Source: an uncultured Cellvibrionales bacterium (GTDB lineage Bacteria; Pseudomonadota; Gammaproteobacteria; Pseudomonadales; CAWVSB01). Taken from it: DNA of 64,000 bases. Within the stretch, counting starts at the first letter, position 1, and the number at the start of each line of letters is the position of its first letter. The notes beneath the pieces are model-generated. The model was not told the origin of the DNA. It searched no databases and saw only the letters and a list, made by a program, of their open reading frames with translations. Positions 30,501-40,744 of this stretch are shown here, piece after piece. The stretch covers positions 11,887-75,886 of the forward strand of contig CAWVSB010000004.1 of the NCBI GenBank assembly GCA_963933215.1. Reading direction: 5' to 3'. Made by a program: the position numbers and the translations under genes.

Positions 30501-30535
30501 GTCTATACCCGGCTGTATTTTACTCGGGTATAGAC
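30501..30535 (-). other. strong hairpin in the helicase-SDR intergenic region
   Basis: GTCTATACCC (30501-30510) pairs perfectly with GGGTATAGAC (30526-30535). No U-tract follows on the minus strand. It lies about 38 nt upstream of the SDR ATG. Confidence 0.4.
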
Positions 30536-30670
30536 ATCAGTTGCTATTACTATTGTGGTATTCCACTTTTACGATTAATCGATCTGCCCTTTTTATAATT
30601 CAAATTCAGCTAGTGCATGGTGCTCATATGAGTTATTCAGGCGGTTTTTACTCAGGGCGGTTTAGTAATC

Positions 30671-31999
30671 CTATTCTTGTTCTTTAGGTTTTCTCTTCAG
30701 TGTAGAAAGCCCGCTGGCGTCTCGATCTGCCATTGGTTTAGTTGCCGGGCGGCGTTTGGAGGCATCCTTTTTTGGGCGGTTACGTACTTTAGCTTTGGCG
30801 TCTTTAGGTTTTTTCTTTTTACCCGCGGCTTTGCCGGAGTTTTTAAGTTTTTTAGGGCCAGTAAAATTAGCTTTTAGCTCTTTAATCGATCGGCGCTCGA
30901 ATATTATTTTTAAGTAGCGCTCGATGCTGGACATCACGTTCCATTCACTGGACATAACTAATGATATAGCCAAACCTTTTTCGCCGGCGCGGCCGGTGCG
31001 TCCGATGCGGTGAGTATAGTCGTCACCGTTGCGTGGCATGTCAAAATTGATAACCAGGTCTATACCTTTGATATCTAGCCCGCGCGCAGCTACGTCGCTG
31101 GCGATAAGAATATCGAATTTGTTTTCTCTAAATTCTTCCATGACCTTTTTACGCTGCGTTTGGCTTATTTCGCCGTGCAAGGCATAGGCATTCATTTTCT
31201 TATAACGTATAAAGCCGCATAGTCTGTCAGCGGCAATGCGGGTGTTAGTAAACACCATTGCTTTGGTAAACGCTTGATTTTCCAGCAACCAGGTAAGTTG
31301 CTTTTGTTTATGGTCTTTATCATCAGATAAAATAATTTGCTGTTGTATGTCTTCGTTTTGTTCGCGCTTTGCATTAAGCGAAATGGTTGCTGGGTTATTA
31401 AGCATTGTTTTGGCAATGCTATTCATCCCGGTTTGGTTCAGCGTGGCCGAGAACAACATGGTTTGTCTTTCGGCTTTGCAAAACTTGTTGATGAATAACA
31501 TATCTTCGGTAAAGCCCATATCCAGCATACGATCGGCTTCGTCCAGTATCAGTACTTCTAGTTCTTTAAAGTCGGGGGAGCCTTTTTCTAGGTGCTCTAC
31601 TAACCTGCCTGGGGTGGCGATAATAATTTCAGGATTTTTTCTAAACAGTGCTTTTTGAAATTTAAACTCGTCACCGCCAATAATTAAACCGGTTTCTATT
31701 GGTGTGTTACTGGTGAGTAACTTACTTTGTTTGAAAATCTGTCGCGCTAACTCGCGGGTTGGGGTGAGTATAAGCACGCGGGTACCAGCACCTGGGACTT
31801 CTGCTACGGTAAGTAGCCGGTGGATGGTCGGCAGTAAAAATGCGACTGTTTTACCGCTGCCGGTTTGGGCTGAAACTAATAGGTCTCTATTAGTTAGCGC
31901 CAGCGGTACAGCTTGCGCTTGTACGTCTGTTGGTTGTTCAAATCCCAAGTTCTTCAATGAGGCTTGCAGGCCTTTATTTAAATTTAGCTCGTTAAACAA
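30671..31999 (-). CDS. DEAD-box ATP-dependent RNA helicase with basic C-terminal tail
   Basis: Motifs AQTGSGKT, PTRELA, DEAD, SAT and HRIGRTGRAG, with a Lys/Arg-rich C-terminus. Confidence 0.9.
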   Translation of the reverse strand: MFNELNLNKGLQASLKNLGFEQPTDVQAQAVPLALTNRDLLVSAQTGSGKTVAFLLPTIHRLLTVAEVPGAGTRVLILTPTRELARQIFKQSKLLTSNTPIETGLIIGGDEFKFQKALFRKNPEIIIATPGRLVEHLEKGSPDFKELEVLILDEADRMLDMGFTEDMLFINKFCKAERQTMLFSATLNQTGMNSIAKTMLNNPATISLNAKREQNEDIQQQIILSDDKDHKQKQLTWLLENQAFTKAMVFTNTRIAADRLCGFIRYKKMNAYALHGEISQTQRKKVMEEFRENKFDILIASDVAARGLDIKGIDLVINFDMPRNGDDYTHRIGRTGRAGEKGLAISLVMSSEWNVMSSIERYLKIIFERRSIKELKANFTGPKKLKNSGKAAGKKKKPKDAKAKVRNRPKKDASKRRPATKPMADRDASGLSTLKRKPKEQE

Positions 32000-32014
32000 T
32001 ATCGTATCCTGTCG

Positions 32015-32947
32015 CTATCTTTTGCGTTTTTTTCTGTTTTGTAGGCGTGCTTTTAGTTTTTCAGCTTTAGCCGCACGGATGACTTCTAGCTCAATTAACT
32101 CTTCTTCCATCATAGCAGGTAGCTCAAGGGTTATGCCGCCTAAGAGACCGTCGCGTAGTTCGGTTAACAATATTTTTGAGATGCGGTTCAAATCTATATG
32201 GCCGCCTTTACTCAGACAGCCGCGCTGGCGACCGATAGTTTCTAAAAACTCTAATTCGGTGGCGGGCAGGGTGTCTAGCTTATAGCGCTGTTTAAGTCTG
32301 TCTGGATAAGCTTTTAGTAAGTAGTCAGCAGCAAAAAAAGCAACGTCTTCGTATTCGATGGCGGTGTCTTTAATCGCGCCAGTAGTCCCCAAGCGATAGC
32401 CACTGTTGCGATTTTCTAGATTGGGCCAAAGCATGCCCGGGGTGTCGAACAACACAATGCCATTGTCGAGGTTGATGCGCTGTTGGGTTTTGGTGACGGC
32501 TGGCTCGTTGCCGGTTTTGGCAATGGTACGCCCCGACCATGTGTTGATAATGGTAGATTTTCCGACGTTGGGTATCCCCATAATCATGGCATTAATGTTT
32601 TTAATACTTTGGTCTTTATCGGGTAACATTTGTCGGCAAATATCTGGCAGTAGTTTTATCCGCTCAGGATGTTCAACTGATGACATTACCAGCGTTTTAA
32701 CGCCTTGCTCGCGCTCTAAATATTCTTGCCAAATAGCGGTAGATTCTGGGTCAGCTAAGTCACTTTTGTTAAGTACTTTAATACATGGCTTGTCTTTACG
32801 GATATCTGCCAGCATGGGGTTTTGGCTACTGAACGGAATTCGGGCGTCGAGTATTTCGATAAAAATATGAGTTGCGGGCAGCGCTTCTTTAACTTCCTTG
32901 GCGGCCTTGTGCATGTGGCCGGGAAACCATTGAATGTTGATCGACAT
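32015..32947 (-). CDS. rbgA: ribosome biogenesis GTPase YlqF/RbgA
   Basis: N-terminal IQWFPGHMHKA. Circularly permuted GTPase order: NKSD (G4) precedes GIPNVGKST (G1) and DTPG (G3). Confidence 0.85.
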   Translation of the reverse strand: MSINIQWFPGHMHKAAKEVKEALPATHIFIEILDARIPFSSQNPMLADIRKDKPCIKVLNKSDLADPESTAIWQEYLEREQGVKTLVMSSVEHPERIKLLPDICRQMLPDKDQSIKNINAMIMGIPNVGKSTIINTWSGRTIAKTGNEPAVTKTQQRINLDNGIVLFDTPGMLWPNLENRNSGYRLGTTGAIKDTAIEYEDVAFFAADYLLKAYPDRLKQRYKLDTLPATELEFLETIGRQRGCLSKGGHIDLNRISKILLTELRDGLLGGITLELPAMMEEELIELEVIRAAKAEKLKARLQNRKKRKR

Positions 32948-32950
32948 GCT

Positions 32951-33778
32951 TTATACCAAGGTGATTTGATGTTTTTCGATAACAATCAGTTTCTGTTTGT
33001 ACAGTACCCCTAACGCTCGTTTGTAATTTGATTTGCTGACTTTAAAGCGAGCAAAAATTTCTTTGGGATCACTTTTATCGGTCAGGGTTGAAACGCCGTC
33101 GCAGGCTTTCAAATCAGTTAAAATAATTTCACTTAATTCATCGCGTGCTTCTTGACCATTAAATTGCAGGCAAAGGTCTATGCGCTTGTCGTCGCGAATA
33201 TTTTTTATATAACCTTTTAGCTCTTGGCCTAGACGCAGCGGGCGAATAACTTCGTCTTTAAAAATAAGGCCAAGGTGGGTGCCATTGACAACAGCTTTAT
33301 AGCCCATGTCACTACGGCCACAAATAAGCATATTAACCGCTTGTTTGGGTTTAAAGTAAAACGACTCTTCGCTTAAAAAATTACTCAGTTTGGTTGAGGC
33401 AACGATGCGGTCACTGTTGTCGACATAAACATAGGCAACATAGTATTTGCCTTCTTCCATCGGTTTAGATTGCTCACTAAAGGGAACCAGTAAGTCTTTC
33501 ATCAGGCCCCAATCTAAAAACGCACCAATTTTATTGATTTGCGAGACTTTTAAATGAGCAACTTCACCAACCATAACTTTAGGTGTTTCGGTGGTGGCTA
33601 TGAGTAAGTCACTGGAGTCGCGATAGATAAAGACTTTGACGTTGTCGTCTACTTCGCAGCCGTTGGGAAGGTAGCGGGTGGGCAGTAAAATTTCGCCCAA
33701 GTTGTCGCCGTCCAAATATACGCCGTGGGGTACTGTCTTCAGTACCCGTAGGTGGCTGATCTTGCCTAATTCAATCAT
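32951..33778 (-). CDS. cvfB: S1 RNA-binding domain protein, CvfB family
   Basis: Repeated S1-like domains (GEVAHLKVSQINKIGAFLDWGLMKDLLVPFSEQ) and a C-terminal winged-helix-like tail. Confidence 0.75.
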   Translation of the reverse strand: MIELGKISHLRVLKTVPHGVYLDGDNLGEILLPTRYLPNGCEVDDNVKVFIYRDSSDLLIATTETPKVMVGEVAHLKVSQINKIGAFLDWGLMKDLLVPFSEQSKPMEEGKYYVAYVYVDNSDRIVASTKLSNFLSEESFYFKPKQAVNMLICGRSDMGYKAVVNGTHLGLIFKDEVIRPLRLGQELKGYIKNIRDDKRIDLCLQFNGQEARDELSEIILTDLKACDGVSTLTDKSDPKEIFARFKVSKSNYKRALGVLYKQKLIVIEKHQITLV

Positions 33779-33813
33779 GGTGTTACCAGTAATTCCGATG
33801 GGTGGTGCTTGGG

Positions 33814-34362
33814 TTAACCTTGCTCTTCAAGGTATTCATTTTTAAGTTTAACATAATGGTGGGAGTTAGCCGTAAGGCTAGCTTTATCTTTGTCACTTAA
33901 TGGTCTTATTTGCTTGACTGGTGAGCCTAGGTATAAATAACCGCTTGCAAGAGTTTTGCCTGGCGGGACTAAAGAGCCGGCACCAATGATGACATCGTCG
34001 CCGATTACGACGTTATCTAGCACGATCACGCCCATTCCTACTAAAACTCGGTCGCCAATGGTGCAGCCATGTAACATTACTTTATGGCCGATTGTGACGT
34101 CATCTCCCACGATCGTCGGATAACCATCAGGGTTTGAGTCACTTTTACGTGATACATGAATAACGCTGCCGTCTTGGACGTTACTGCGCGCACCAATACG
34201 GATGTAGTTAACATCGCCGCGCACATAGCTACCAGGCCATACCGAGGCATCTATTCCTAAATTAACGTCGCCGATTACCGCCGATTGTGGGTCTATATAG
34301 ACGCTATCGTCGAACTTAGGCAGTATTTTTTTATAGGGCCTTACTGAATAATTTGTCATCAT
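33814..34362 (-). CDS. gamma carbonic anhydrase family protein (left-handed beta-helix)
   Basis: Hexapeptide repeats and an IGARSNVQDGSVIH...GHKVMLHGC His pattern. Confidence 0.85.
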   Translation of the reverse strand: MMTNYSVRPYKKILPKFDDSVYIDPQSAVIGDVNLGIDASVWPGSYVRGDVNYIRIGARSNVQDGSVIHVSRKSDSNPDGYPTIVGDDVTIGHKVMLHGCTIGDRVLVGMGVIVLDNVVIGDDVIIGAGSLVPPGKTLASGYLYLGSPVKQIRPLSDKDKASLTANSHHYVKLKNEYLEEQG

Positions 34363-34467
34363 ATTATTGAGGCATTAACACTTTACTAGTAAACAACAAT
34401 GATGGCGGAATAACCCGCCAAATGAAAGGTGCAATATACAATATGTTATCGCTAGAGCTTATCAGTA

Positions 34468-34947
34468 ATGATCACTTTAATGGCTTGGTTGATACTACTG
34501 ACTCATCTAGGTATCGTGATGACCGTATTAATTGTCGCGCTTAGAAAGCTAAACTGCATGCAGAAACTACTAACACTATTCGATATAAAAGCCGCCTTGT
34601 TGGGCAGTCTTGTTATGGGGGCTATAGTCGCTTCGATTAACGCTGGGCACGGCAGTCATGCCGCTATTAGTTCGGGTATTCGCCAAGCGATGTATACTTT
34701 TTTTGTAGCAGGTTTAAGTGTGCAGTTGTGTCGCAACTTAACTAATAACAGCATTTATAAAGCGGCAGCGTTAATAAAAGCGGTACTGATACCAACGATA
34801 CTTACCGTAATATTGGTTTATATGATGCACCGCACAATGGGCACGCCCGAACCGTTTTACTCTAGTATTCCTGTGGCTATTTTGTCTTTAGTCTCATTCA
34901 GCGGTATTGCTTTGCATACCTTGCGCGAAAAAGATAATCATCAGTAA
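34468..34947 (+). CDS. hypothetical small membrane protein
   Basis: 159-aa ORF with 4-5 hydrophobic segments and no recognisable family. The internal Met at MQKLLTLF is an alternative start. Its 3' end overlaps the convergent MFS gene by 54 nt. Confidence 0.4.
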   Translation: MITLMAWLILLTHLGIVMTVLIVALRKLNCMQKLLTLFDIKAALLGSLVMGAIVASINAGHGSHAAISSGIRQAMYTFFVAGLSVQLCRNLTNNSIYKAAALIKAVLIPTILTVILVYMMHRTMGTPEPFYSSIPVAILSLVSFSGIALHTLREKDNHQ

Positions 34948-36108
34948 GCCGACCCCGGTTGATGCCAACATAATTGTTGCTACCGGCATTAAAGTGTCGT
35001 CATGCAGCCAGTTAACGCTAACCCCTGCAATGCCTGCTAACGAAAACTGCCAAATGCCTACCAGCGCATTGGCTGTGCCGGCTTGTTTAGGGAAGTACTC
35101 TAAATAAGTAGCGATGCCGTTAGAGCCAATAAACCCAAGCATTGACACATTTAGTATTAGTAATGCCAAAAATGGGCCTAATTCTGCTTCAAAGTTACTG
35201 ACATAAATATATTGCGCTAGCACTGCCATAAACTGTATCACAATACCAAATTTGAACAGTGTGATTGGCTGAAAGCGTCGTAAGCACAAAACGTTAAATC
35301 GGTTCATGGTCATTAAACCGACAACCCCCGCGCCAAAAAACAGTGGGAATTGCTGCTCGCTAACACCAAAGTATTCCATATAAACAAAAGGTGAAGTGGT
35401 TAAAAATACAAATAGATTAGCGCTACAAAATCCTAGGCACATCAGTATAGGTATAGCGCGAACATTGGATAATACCGTGGCATAGGAGCCAAACAAATGT
35501 TTAGCAAAATTTGGTTTATTGTTATCAGGTTGAGCAGCTGGCGATTTAATAACTAATACCAGTTGCGATAAAGCGATGGCGGCATAGATAGCTAAGCCAA
35601 AAAAGATATGACGCCAGTCACCGACTTTTAAAATCAAGGCGCCAATAGCCGGTGCAATCAATGGTGCTATCATCATTATCAATGCGATTAACGCCATCAT
35701 TTTTGCGCTGTCTTTACCAGAATGCGTGTCGCGTACCATGGCGCCAACAATTACGCCGGCAGCGCCACCGCCAATAGCTTGCACAAAACGCAGTGCCAAT
35801 ACTTCATTGATATTTGCGCTAATGGCGATAAAAATTGATGCAATTAAAAAGATGATGCAACCAACAATGCCAATAGGCTTTCTGCCATACAGGTCAGATA
35901 GTGGGCCGCCTAAAAACTGACCGACAGCGGCACCGGCTAGATAAACTGACACGGTGCTTTGAGTAATGCCTATGCCAGTGTTTAAGTCTTGTGCGATCGT
36001 TGGAATCGCGGGCAAGTAGGTGTCGATGGCAAATGGGGTTAATGCCACTACGCTAGCAAGCGTAAATGTTTGACGTTTATTGATGGCGGGCGTTGCGACG
36101 GTGGTCAT
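34894..36108 (-). CDS. Bcr/CflA family MFS multidrug efflux transporter
   Basis: 12-TM MFS with the N-terminal block ALTPFAIDTYLPAIPTIAQDL typical of Bcr/CflA. Confidence 0.85.
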   Translation of the reverse strand: MTTVATPAINKRQTFTLASVVALTPFAIDTYLPAIPTIAQDLNTGIGITQSTVSVYLAGAAVGQFLGGPLSDLYGRKPIGIVGCIIFLIASIFIAISANINEVLALRFVQAIGGGAAGVIVGAMVRDTHSGKDSAKMMALIALIMMIAPLIAPAIGALILKVGDWRHIFFGLAIYAAIALSQLVLVIKSPAAQPDNNKPNFAKHLFGSYATVLSNVRAIPILMCLGFCSANLFVFLTTSPFVYMEYFGVSEQQFPLFFGAGVVGLMTMNRFNVLCLRRFQPITLFKFGIVIQFMAVLAQYIYVSNFEAELGPFLALLILNVSMLGFIGSNGIATYLEYFPKQAGTANALVGIWQFSLAGIAGVSVNWLHDDTLMPVATIMLASTGVGLLMIIFFAQGMQSNTAE

Positions 36109-36830
36109 TTTTCCTTTTATCCCTTACAGTTTCGGCGCAGTCTACTATATTATTAGATATCGGGTTTTTATTATTTAGGATCGTTATTATTAGTATTCAG
36201 CTGCCTCTGTTGTATTCGTTTCGTCGTTGCCCTTATGCCATAAGAGCGCGCTTAGCCATTCACGCTAGTGGCATAAAGGTGGAATTACGCGAAATACTGC
36301 TGCGCGACAAGCCTGAGCATATGCTGCAATTGTCGGCCAAAGGTACTGTGCCAGTGTTACGGCTACCTAGTGGTGCCGTAATAGATGAAAGCATTGATGT
36401 GCTCCATTGGGCTTTACAGATAAATGATCCGGCTGATTGGTTGGCGGTTGATAAAAACGAGTTAGCGAAACTCGTTAAGCATAATGATGGTGAATTTAAG
36501 CATTGGTTGGATCGATATAAGTACTCGGTAGGCTATCCAGAGCACAGCGTAGAATATTATCGTGGGCAAGCAGAACTTTTCATTGGCGAGCTAGAACTGC
36601 GCTTAGCCACGAGTCAGTATTTGTCAGGCGATAAGCTAACTGCTGCTGATATGGCAATATTGCCTTTTATTAGGCAGTTTGCTTTTGTTGATAAAGCTTG
36701 GTTTGATAGCGCGCCTTATCCTAAGGTGCAGCGATGGCTAGAAGATTTCTTAGTTTCAAGCGTGTTTTTAGCGGTAATGGATAAATACTGCCAGTGGCAA
36801 GTGGGCGATGATGTTGTTTGGTTTAGCTAG
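36093..36830 (+). CDS. glutathione S-transferase family protein (start uncertain)
   Basis: The GST N-terminal thioredoxin-like block LYSFRRCPYAIRARLAI begins about 40 codons into the ORF. The true start is probably near 36186-36210 (AGGA at 36177-36180; TTG at 36210). The TTG at 36093 gives an implausible leader. Confidence 0.7.
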   Translation: MRRWSFFLLSLTVSAQSTILLDIGFLLFRIVIISIQLPLLYSFRRCPYAIRARLAIHASGIKVELREILLRDKPEHMLQLSAKGTVPVLRLPSGAVIDESIDVLHWALQINDPADWLAVDKNELAKLVKHNDGEFKHWLDRYKYSVGYPEHSVEYYRGQAELFIGELELRLATSQYLSGDKLTAADMAILPFIRQFAFVDKAWFDSAPYPKVQRWLEDFLVSSVFLAVMDKYCQWQVGDDVVWFS

Positions 36831-36841
36831 GTGAAAGTAGT

Positions 36842-37360
36842 TTGTCTAATAAAAAATTATTAAATTTGAAGTATGCGCCCGCGACGTTATTTTTTTATGG
36901 CGTGGCTGGTAGTGGTAAATCTTTTGTGGCTAATTTAGTTGGCGATTTAGCAGGTTGGTATGTGTATGAGGCGGACGATGATATAAGTGATGCGATGAAA
37001 TTAGCATTAGCAGAGCAGCGACCGTTTACCGATGCAATGCGCGATGAATTTTTCACCCGTATTAGTTTGAAAATTATCGACTTACAGAAACAGCATCCCA
37101 AACTTGCTATAAGCCAAGCAGTATATAAGAAAAAACATCGAGATTTTTTACAGAGCCAAATACCAAATATGGAAATGGTTTGTGTGACTGCATCTGATAA
37201 GTGCATTTTTAATCGTATTAACCGGCGCAATAAAGGTATTAGCCATGCATCCGCTCAAGCGCTACGAGCGGATTTTGAATCACCCGAAGGTGTCGTGGTT
37301 GAGAATGAAATTGGCCAGAGTGAAATCATCAGCCAGTTAAATACGTATTATTCGGGTTGA
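36842..37360 (+). CDS. gluconokinase-like P-loop kinase
   Basis: Walker [11 protein letters not shown] and overall layout similar to the GntK/IdnK family. TTG start. Confidence 0.6.
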   Translation: MSNKKLLNLKYAPATLFFYGVAGSGKSFVANLVGDLAGWYVYEADDDISDAMKLALAEQRPFTDAMRDEFFTRISLKIIDLQKQHPKLAISQAVYKKKHRDFLQSQIPNMEMVCVTASDKCIFNRINRRNKGISHASAQALRADFESPEGVVVENEIGQSEIISQLNTYYSG

Positions 37361-38343
37361 GTTTTATCGACTTCTTTCTGCTCGTTCTTAGTCGATAGTT
37401 TTTTATTGCGGCGTTTAACCCTAGTCTCTTTCACCTCAGAGCCTATATGTGCTTCACCGCGAGCGTTGGCTAAATCCATTTGTTTTTGACGTTGTTCAAA
37501 TCGTTGGCGCTGTTCACTGCTGGTTTTGTCATAGCAGTAGGGACAACTTACGCCGGCAGCAAAGTGCTCGCTGGTCTGTTCTTCTTTAGTAATGGGCATG
37601 CGGCAGGCATTGCATTGATCGTATTTGCCTTTCTCTAAACTATGGTCGACGGTTACGCGGTTATCGAACACAAAGCATTCGCCTTGCCACATTGTTTCCT
37701 TAGCCGATACCTTTTCTAAGTATTTTAAAATGCCGCCTTCAAGGTGATAGACCTCTTCAAAGCCTTGTTCTTTCATATAAGCGGTAGACTTTTCACAGCG
37801 AATTCCACCAGTGCAAAACATGGCAACTTTTTTGTGCTTGGCTGGGTCTAGGTTTTGTTTTACATAGTCAGGAAACTGACGAAAGCTATCGGTATGTGGA
37901 TCAATAGCGCCTTTAAAAGTGCCAATGTTTACTTCATATTGATTTCTGGTGTCGACCAATACCACTGAAGGATCAGAGATCAGCGCGTTCCAATCTTCAG
38001 GCCTTACATAAGTACCAACAACTTGCTTAGGGTCTATGCCTTCAACGCCCATCGTGACAATCTCTTTCTTTAATTTTACTTTGCTACGATAAAACGGCAT
38101 CTCGTCGTCAAACGATTCTTTGTTATCTATATCGGCTAAGCGCAGATCTTGGCGCAGCCAATTAAGTACCGCATCAATGCCTTCGCGGCTGCCCGCAACG
38201 GTGCCATTAATGCCCTCTTGGGCCAATAGCAGCGTACCTTTAACCTCGTTATCTAGCATAGATTGAAGCAGGGGCTGGCGCAGTTGTTCAAAGTTGTCTA
38301 AGTTGACAAATTTATACATGGCCGAAACAACGACTTGTGACAT
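37348..38343 (-). CDS. trhO: rhodanese-domain tRNA uridine(34) hydroxylase (UPF0176/YceA family)
   Basis: N-terminal [10 protein letters not shown] and rhodanese active-site loop [11 protein letters not shown], with a Cys-rich C-terminal region. ATG at 38343 is preceded by AAGGAAA; the upstream ATG at 38385 is less likely. Confidence 0.85.
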   Translation of the reverse strand: MSQVVVSAMYKFVNLDNFEQLRQPLLQSMLDNEVKGTLLLAQEGINGTVAGSREGIDAVLNWLRQDLRLADIDNKESFDDEMPFYRSKVKLKKEIVTMGVEGIDPKQVVGTYVRPEDWNALISDPSVVLVDTRNQYEVNIGTFKGAIDPHTDSFRQFPDYVKQNLDPAKHKKVAMFCTGGIRCEKSTAYMKEQGFEEVYHLEGGILKYLEKVSAKETMWQGECFVFDNRVTVDHSLEKGKYDQCNACRMPITKEEQTSEHFAAGVSCPYCYDKTSSEQRQRFEQRQKQMDLANARGEAHIGSEVKETRVKRRNKKLSTKNEQKEVDKTQPE

Positions 38344-38478
38344 GGTATTTCCTTTGCTGCGGGCTGGAACGTAAATCCAGAGCATTGTTTGTCTTGGGTT
38401 AACTAATCTAAAGTGTTCGAATTATACGCAATGAAAAACGACTGTGCAGTGATTTATATCAATGCTGGCGTGTTGTTA

Positions 38479-39702
38479 TTACCAGCATACGCGGTTGCGA
38501 CCAGCTTGCTTGGCTTTATACAAAGCTTTATCGGCGGCCTGCAATACTTCTTCCGGCGTATCGTACTTGTCGCTGCGCTCACTAATACCAATGCTAATGG
38601 TGACATTAACACCTGCTGTAGTTCGGCTGGCACCACGTTTTGGCGTCTGTTGATGGGCGGTTTGCTTACGGACTTTGTCGTCACGAATAATCAATAAATA
38701 CTCAGCAATCAATTGGCGCAAAATATCAAGCTGTTGATGGCATTGCTCGATAGTTCTACCGTTATAAACAATAGAAAATTCTTCACCGCCGTAGCGATAG
38801 GCCGTGCCGTTGCCCTTGTTCTTTCCTATAAGTGCGGCGACCATTTTTAACACGTCGTCGCCAACGCTATGTCCGTATTTATCGTTAAACTTTTTAAAAT
38901 GGTCAATATCAATCATGGCAATACTGTAGGTATGGCCAAGGTTATTCAGTTTTTCATTGAAGGCGCGCCTGCCGGGTAAACCACTTAACTCGTCAATAAA
39001 GGCTAATTCTCGTGAGCGCATTAACAGGCTAATAATGAGTATTAATCCGGCAGTGGAAAAAAGTGTGGTGGAAATTAATGGTTTGGAGAAAAAGGCGAGG
39101 GTGATAAAAACTGCCAATATACTTGCGATTGCGGCTGCTTCGGTTTCGCCGTTTTTCAACCACAGCACCACTAGCCCTGATACAACGAAAGCAGCAAAAA
39201 CTACACTTGCGCCAATCGACATGGTGTAACCATCAGCCGGTCTGAGTGGTAGTAGCTGGTTCAACCCCAGTAATAACTGCTCACTAGGCTGATAAAAATG
39301 TATGCTCAGACCAATAGCTAAGGGTATTACCAATAGTGAAATACTGACTTTGTTCCACAGGCCTTTTTCTGGCATTAACATCATCAGTAATAAATTTGCC
39401 GGTACTAATATACAGAGTAACGTGTAACGAAAATACGTCGCTGGTTCGTCTAGTGAATACTGTAAATGATTTTGAATTAGCCAATAACTGCCGCCGACAA
39501 TAATAGCTATAATAAGCAAGCGCGAACGGTTATAAATATGGGCGATAACACAGGCAAATACGCAGAGAATATAGGGGAGTTTGCCCGACAGTGGTTGATA
39601 GCCAACAATATAGTCACTGATACTGACGAGCTGTATGAAAGCTATTGCGAGCAACAGTGCGGGGATGAATAAACGCCATAAGGGCTTTAAACTTTCGGGC
39701 AT
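38479..39702 (-). CDS. diguanylate cyclase with polytopic N-terminal membrane domain
   Basis: About 7-8 TM helices followed by a GGDEF domain with active-site YRYGGEEFSIVY. Confidence 0.85.
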   Translation of the reverse strand: MPESLKPLWRLFIPALLLAIAFIQLVSISDYIVGYQPLSGKLPYILCVFACVIAHIYNRSRLLIIAIIVGGSYWLIQNHLQYSLDEPATYFRYTLLCILVPANLLLMMLMPEKGLWNKVSISLLVIPLAIGLSIHFYQPSEQLLLGLNQLLPLRPADGYTMSIGASVVFAAFVVSGLVVLWLKNGETEAAAIASILAVFITLAFFSKPLISTTLFSTAGLILIISLLMRSRELAFIDELSGLPGRRAFNEKLNNLGHTYSIAMIDIDHFKKFNDKYGHSVGDDVLKMVAALIGKNKGNGTAYRYGGEEFSIVYNGRTIEQCHQQLDILRQLIAEYLLIIRDDKVRKQTAHQQTPKRGASRTTAGVNVTISIGISERSDKYDTPEEVLQAADKALYKAKQAGRNRVCW

Positions 39703-39896
39703 TAAGTTGTCTTTATTATTGTGTTAATGGGTGCCGCCTGAGTATAGCTTCATTGTAAACAAATTTAGGCTGATGCCAATACTTGCTTGGGTGTTGTTGA
39801 TCTATTTATCACTGTTAATCGCACTGTCACCAGAGCGACATAGTTTGCTGCATAATATTGGCATAATAGGAGTTTATTGTCTGTTGAGGGTTTACT

Positions 39897-40727
39897 ATGA
39901 AGGTTTCAGCTTTTGCTGCTGGTTGCGGCGCTGTTGTGGAAAATGTTCAGTTGGCTGCACTAAGTGATCAGCAAATAGTTGAACTGCGATCAATCTTTGC
40001 CGAGCACGGTGTTATATTTTTTCGAGATCAGGTGCTATCACCGAGTGAACATCATCGCTTTGCTACTCGTTTTGGCGACATTCATATCAATCCTTTTTTT
40101 AAATCGATTGATGGTTTTGCTGATATTGCCCAAGTACGCAAGGAGAAAGGCCAGCAAACAAATATAGGGGGAGGTTGGCACACCGACCATTCATATGACG
40201 ATGAACCTGCAATGGGCTCGATATTGGTAGCAAGAGATCTACCAGCAAAAGGCGGCGATACCCGCTTTGCTAACTTAGCTAATGCCTATGACACTTTATC
40301 AGATGGATTGAAAAAGACAGTAGAGTCGCTGCGAGCAGTTCACTCCAATGTGCATATTTATGGCAAGGACGGGCTCTACGCTGGCACTGATATTGCCGAC
40401 ACATTAAGCGGTAGTGATAAAGTCGGTAATGCAGTGCATCCGGTGGTTATTAAACACCCTGAAAGTGGCCGTAAGGTATTGTATGTAAACCCTGCGCATA
40501 CAATTTGCTTTGAGGACTGGAGCGTTGAGGAGAGCCGGCCATTGCTAGATTATTTATATGCCCATGTAGACAAGCCGGCAACGACTTGCAGCTTCAATTG
40601 GCAGTCAGGATCAGTTGCGTTTTGGGATAATCGGAGCACTTGGCATTTTGCTAATAATGACTACCATGGCGAAGCAAGGCTAATGCATCGTATTACTCTT
40701 AGTGGTAGCGTATTGGATGGTGTTTAG
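39897..40727 (+). CDS. TauD/TfdA family Fe(II)/2-oxoglutarate-dependent dioxygenase
   Basis: HxD iron motif in GGGWHTDHSYDDEPA, distal His in AVHPVVIKHP, and the C-terminal RLMHRITL. Confidence 0.85.
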   Translation: MKVSAFAAGCGAVVENVQLAALSDQQIVELRSIFAEHGVIFFRDQVLSPSEHHRFATRFGDIHINPFFKSIDGFADIAQVRKEKGQQTNIGGGWHTDHSYDDEPAMGSILVARDLPAKGGDTRFANLANAYDTLSDGLKKTVESLRAVHSNVHIYGKDGLYAGTDIADTLSGSDKVGNAVHPVVIKHPESGRKVLYVNPAHTICFEDWSVEESRPLLDYLYAHVDKPATTCSFNWQSGSVAFWDNRSTWHFANNDYHGEARLMHRITLSGSVLDGV

Positions 40728-40744
40728 TTAACTGAAGAGTTTTT

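Noticed and set aside
30448-30687. 79-aa plus-strand ORF in the SDR-helicase spacer.
   Set aside because: It overlaps the SDR start and the helicase stop on the opposite strand. It has no RBS context or recognisable motif and runs through the strong hairpin.
31704-32870. Long plus-strand ORFs (193 aa and 154 aa) antisense to the helicase and rbgA genes.
   Set aside because: These are shadow ORFs opposite well-supported genes. Their translations are Ser/Arg/Leu-rich with no motifs, and one spans an intergenic boundary of the real genes.
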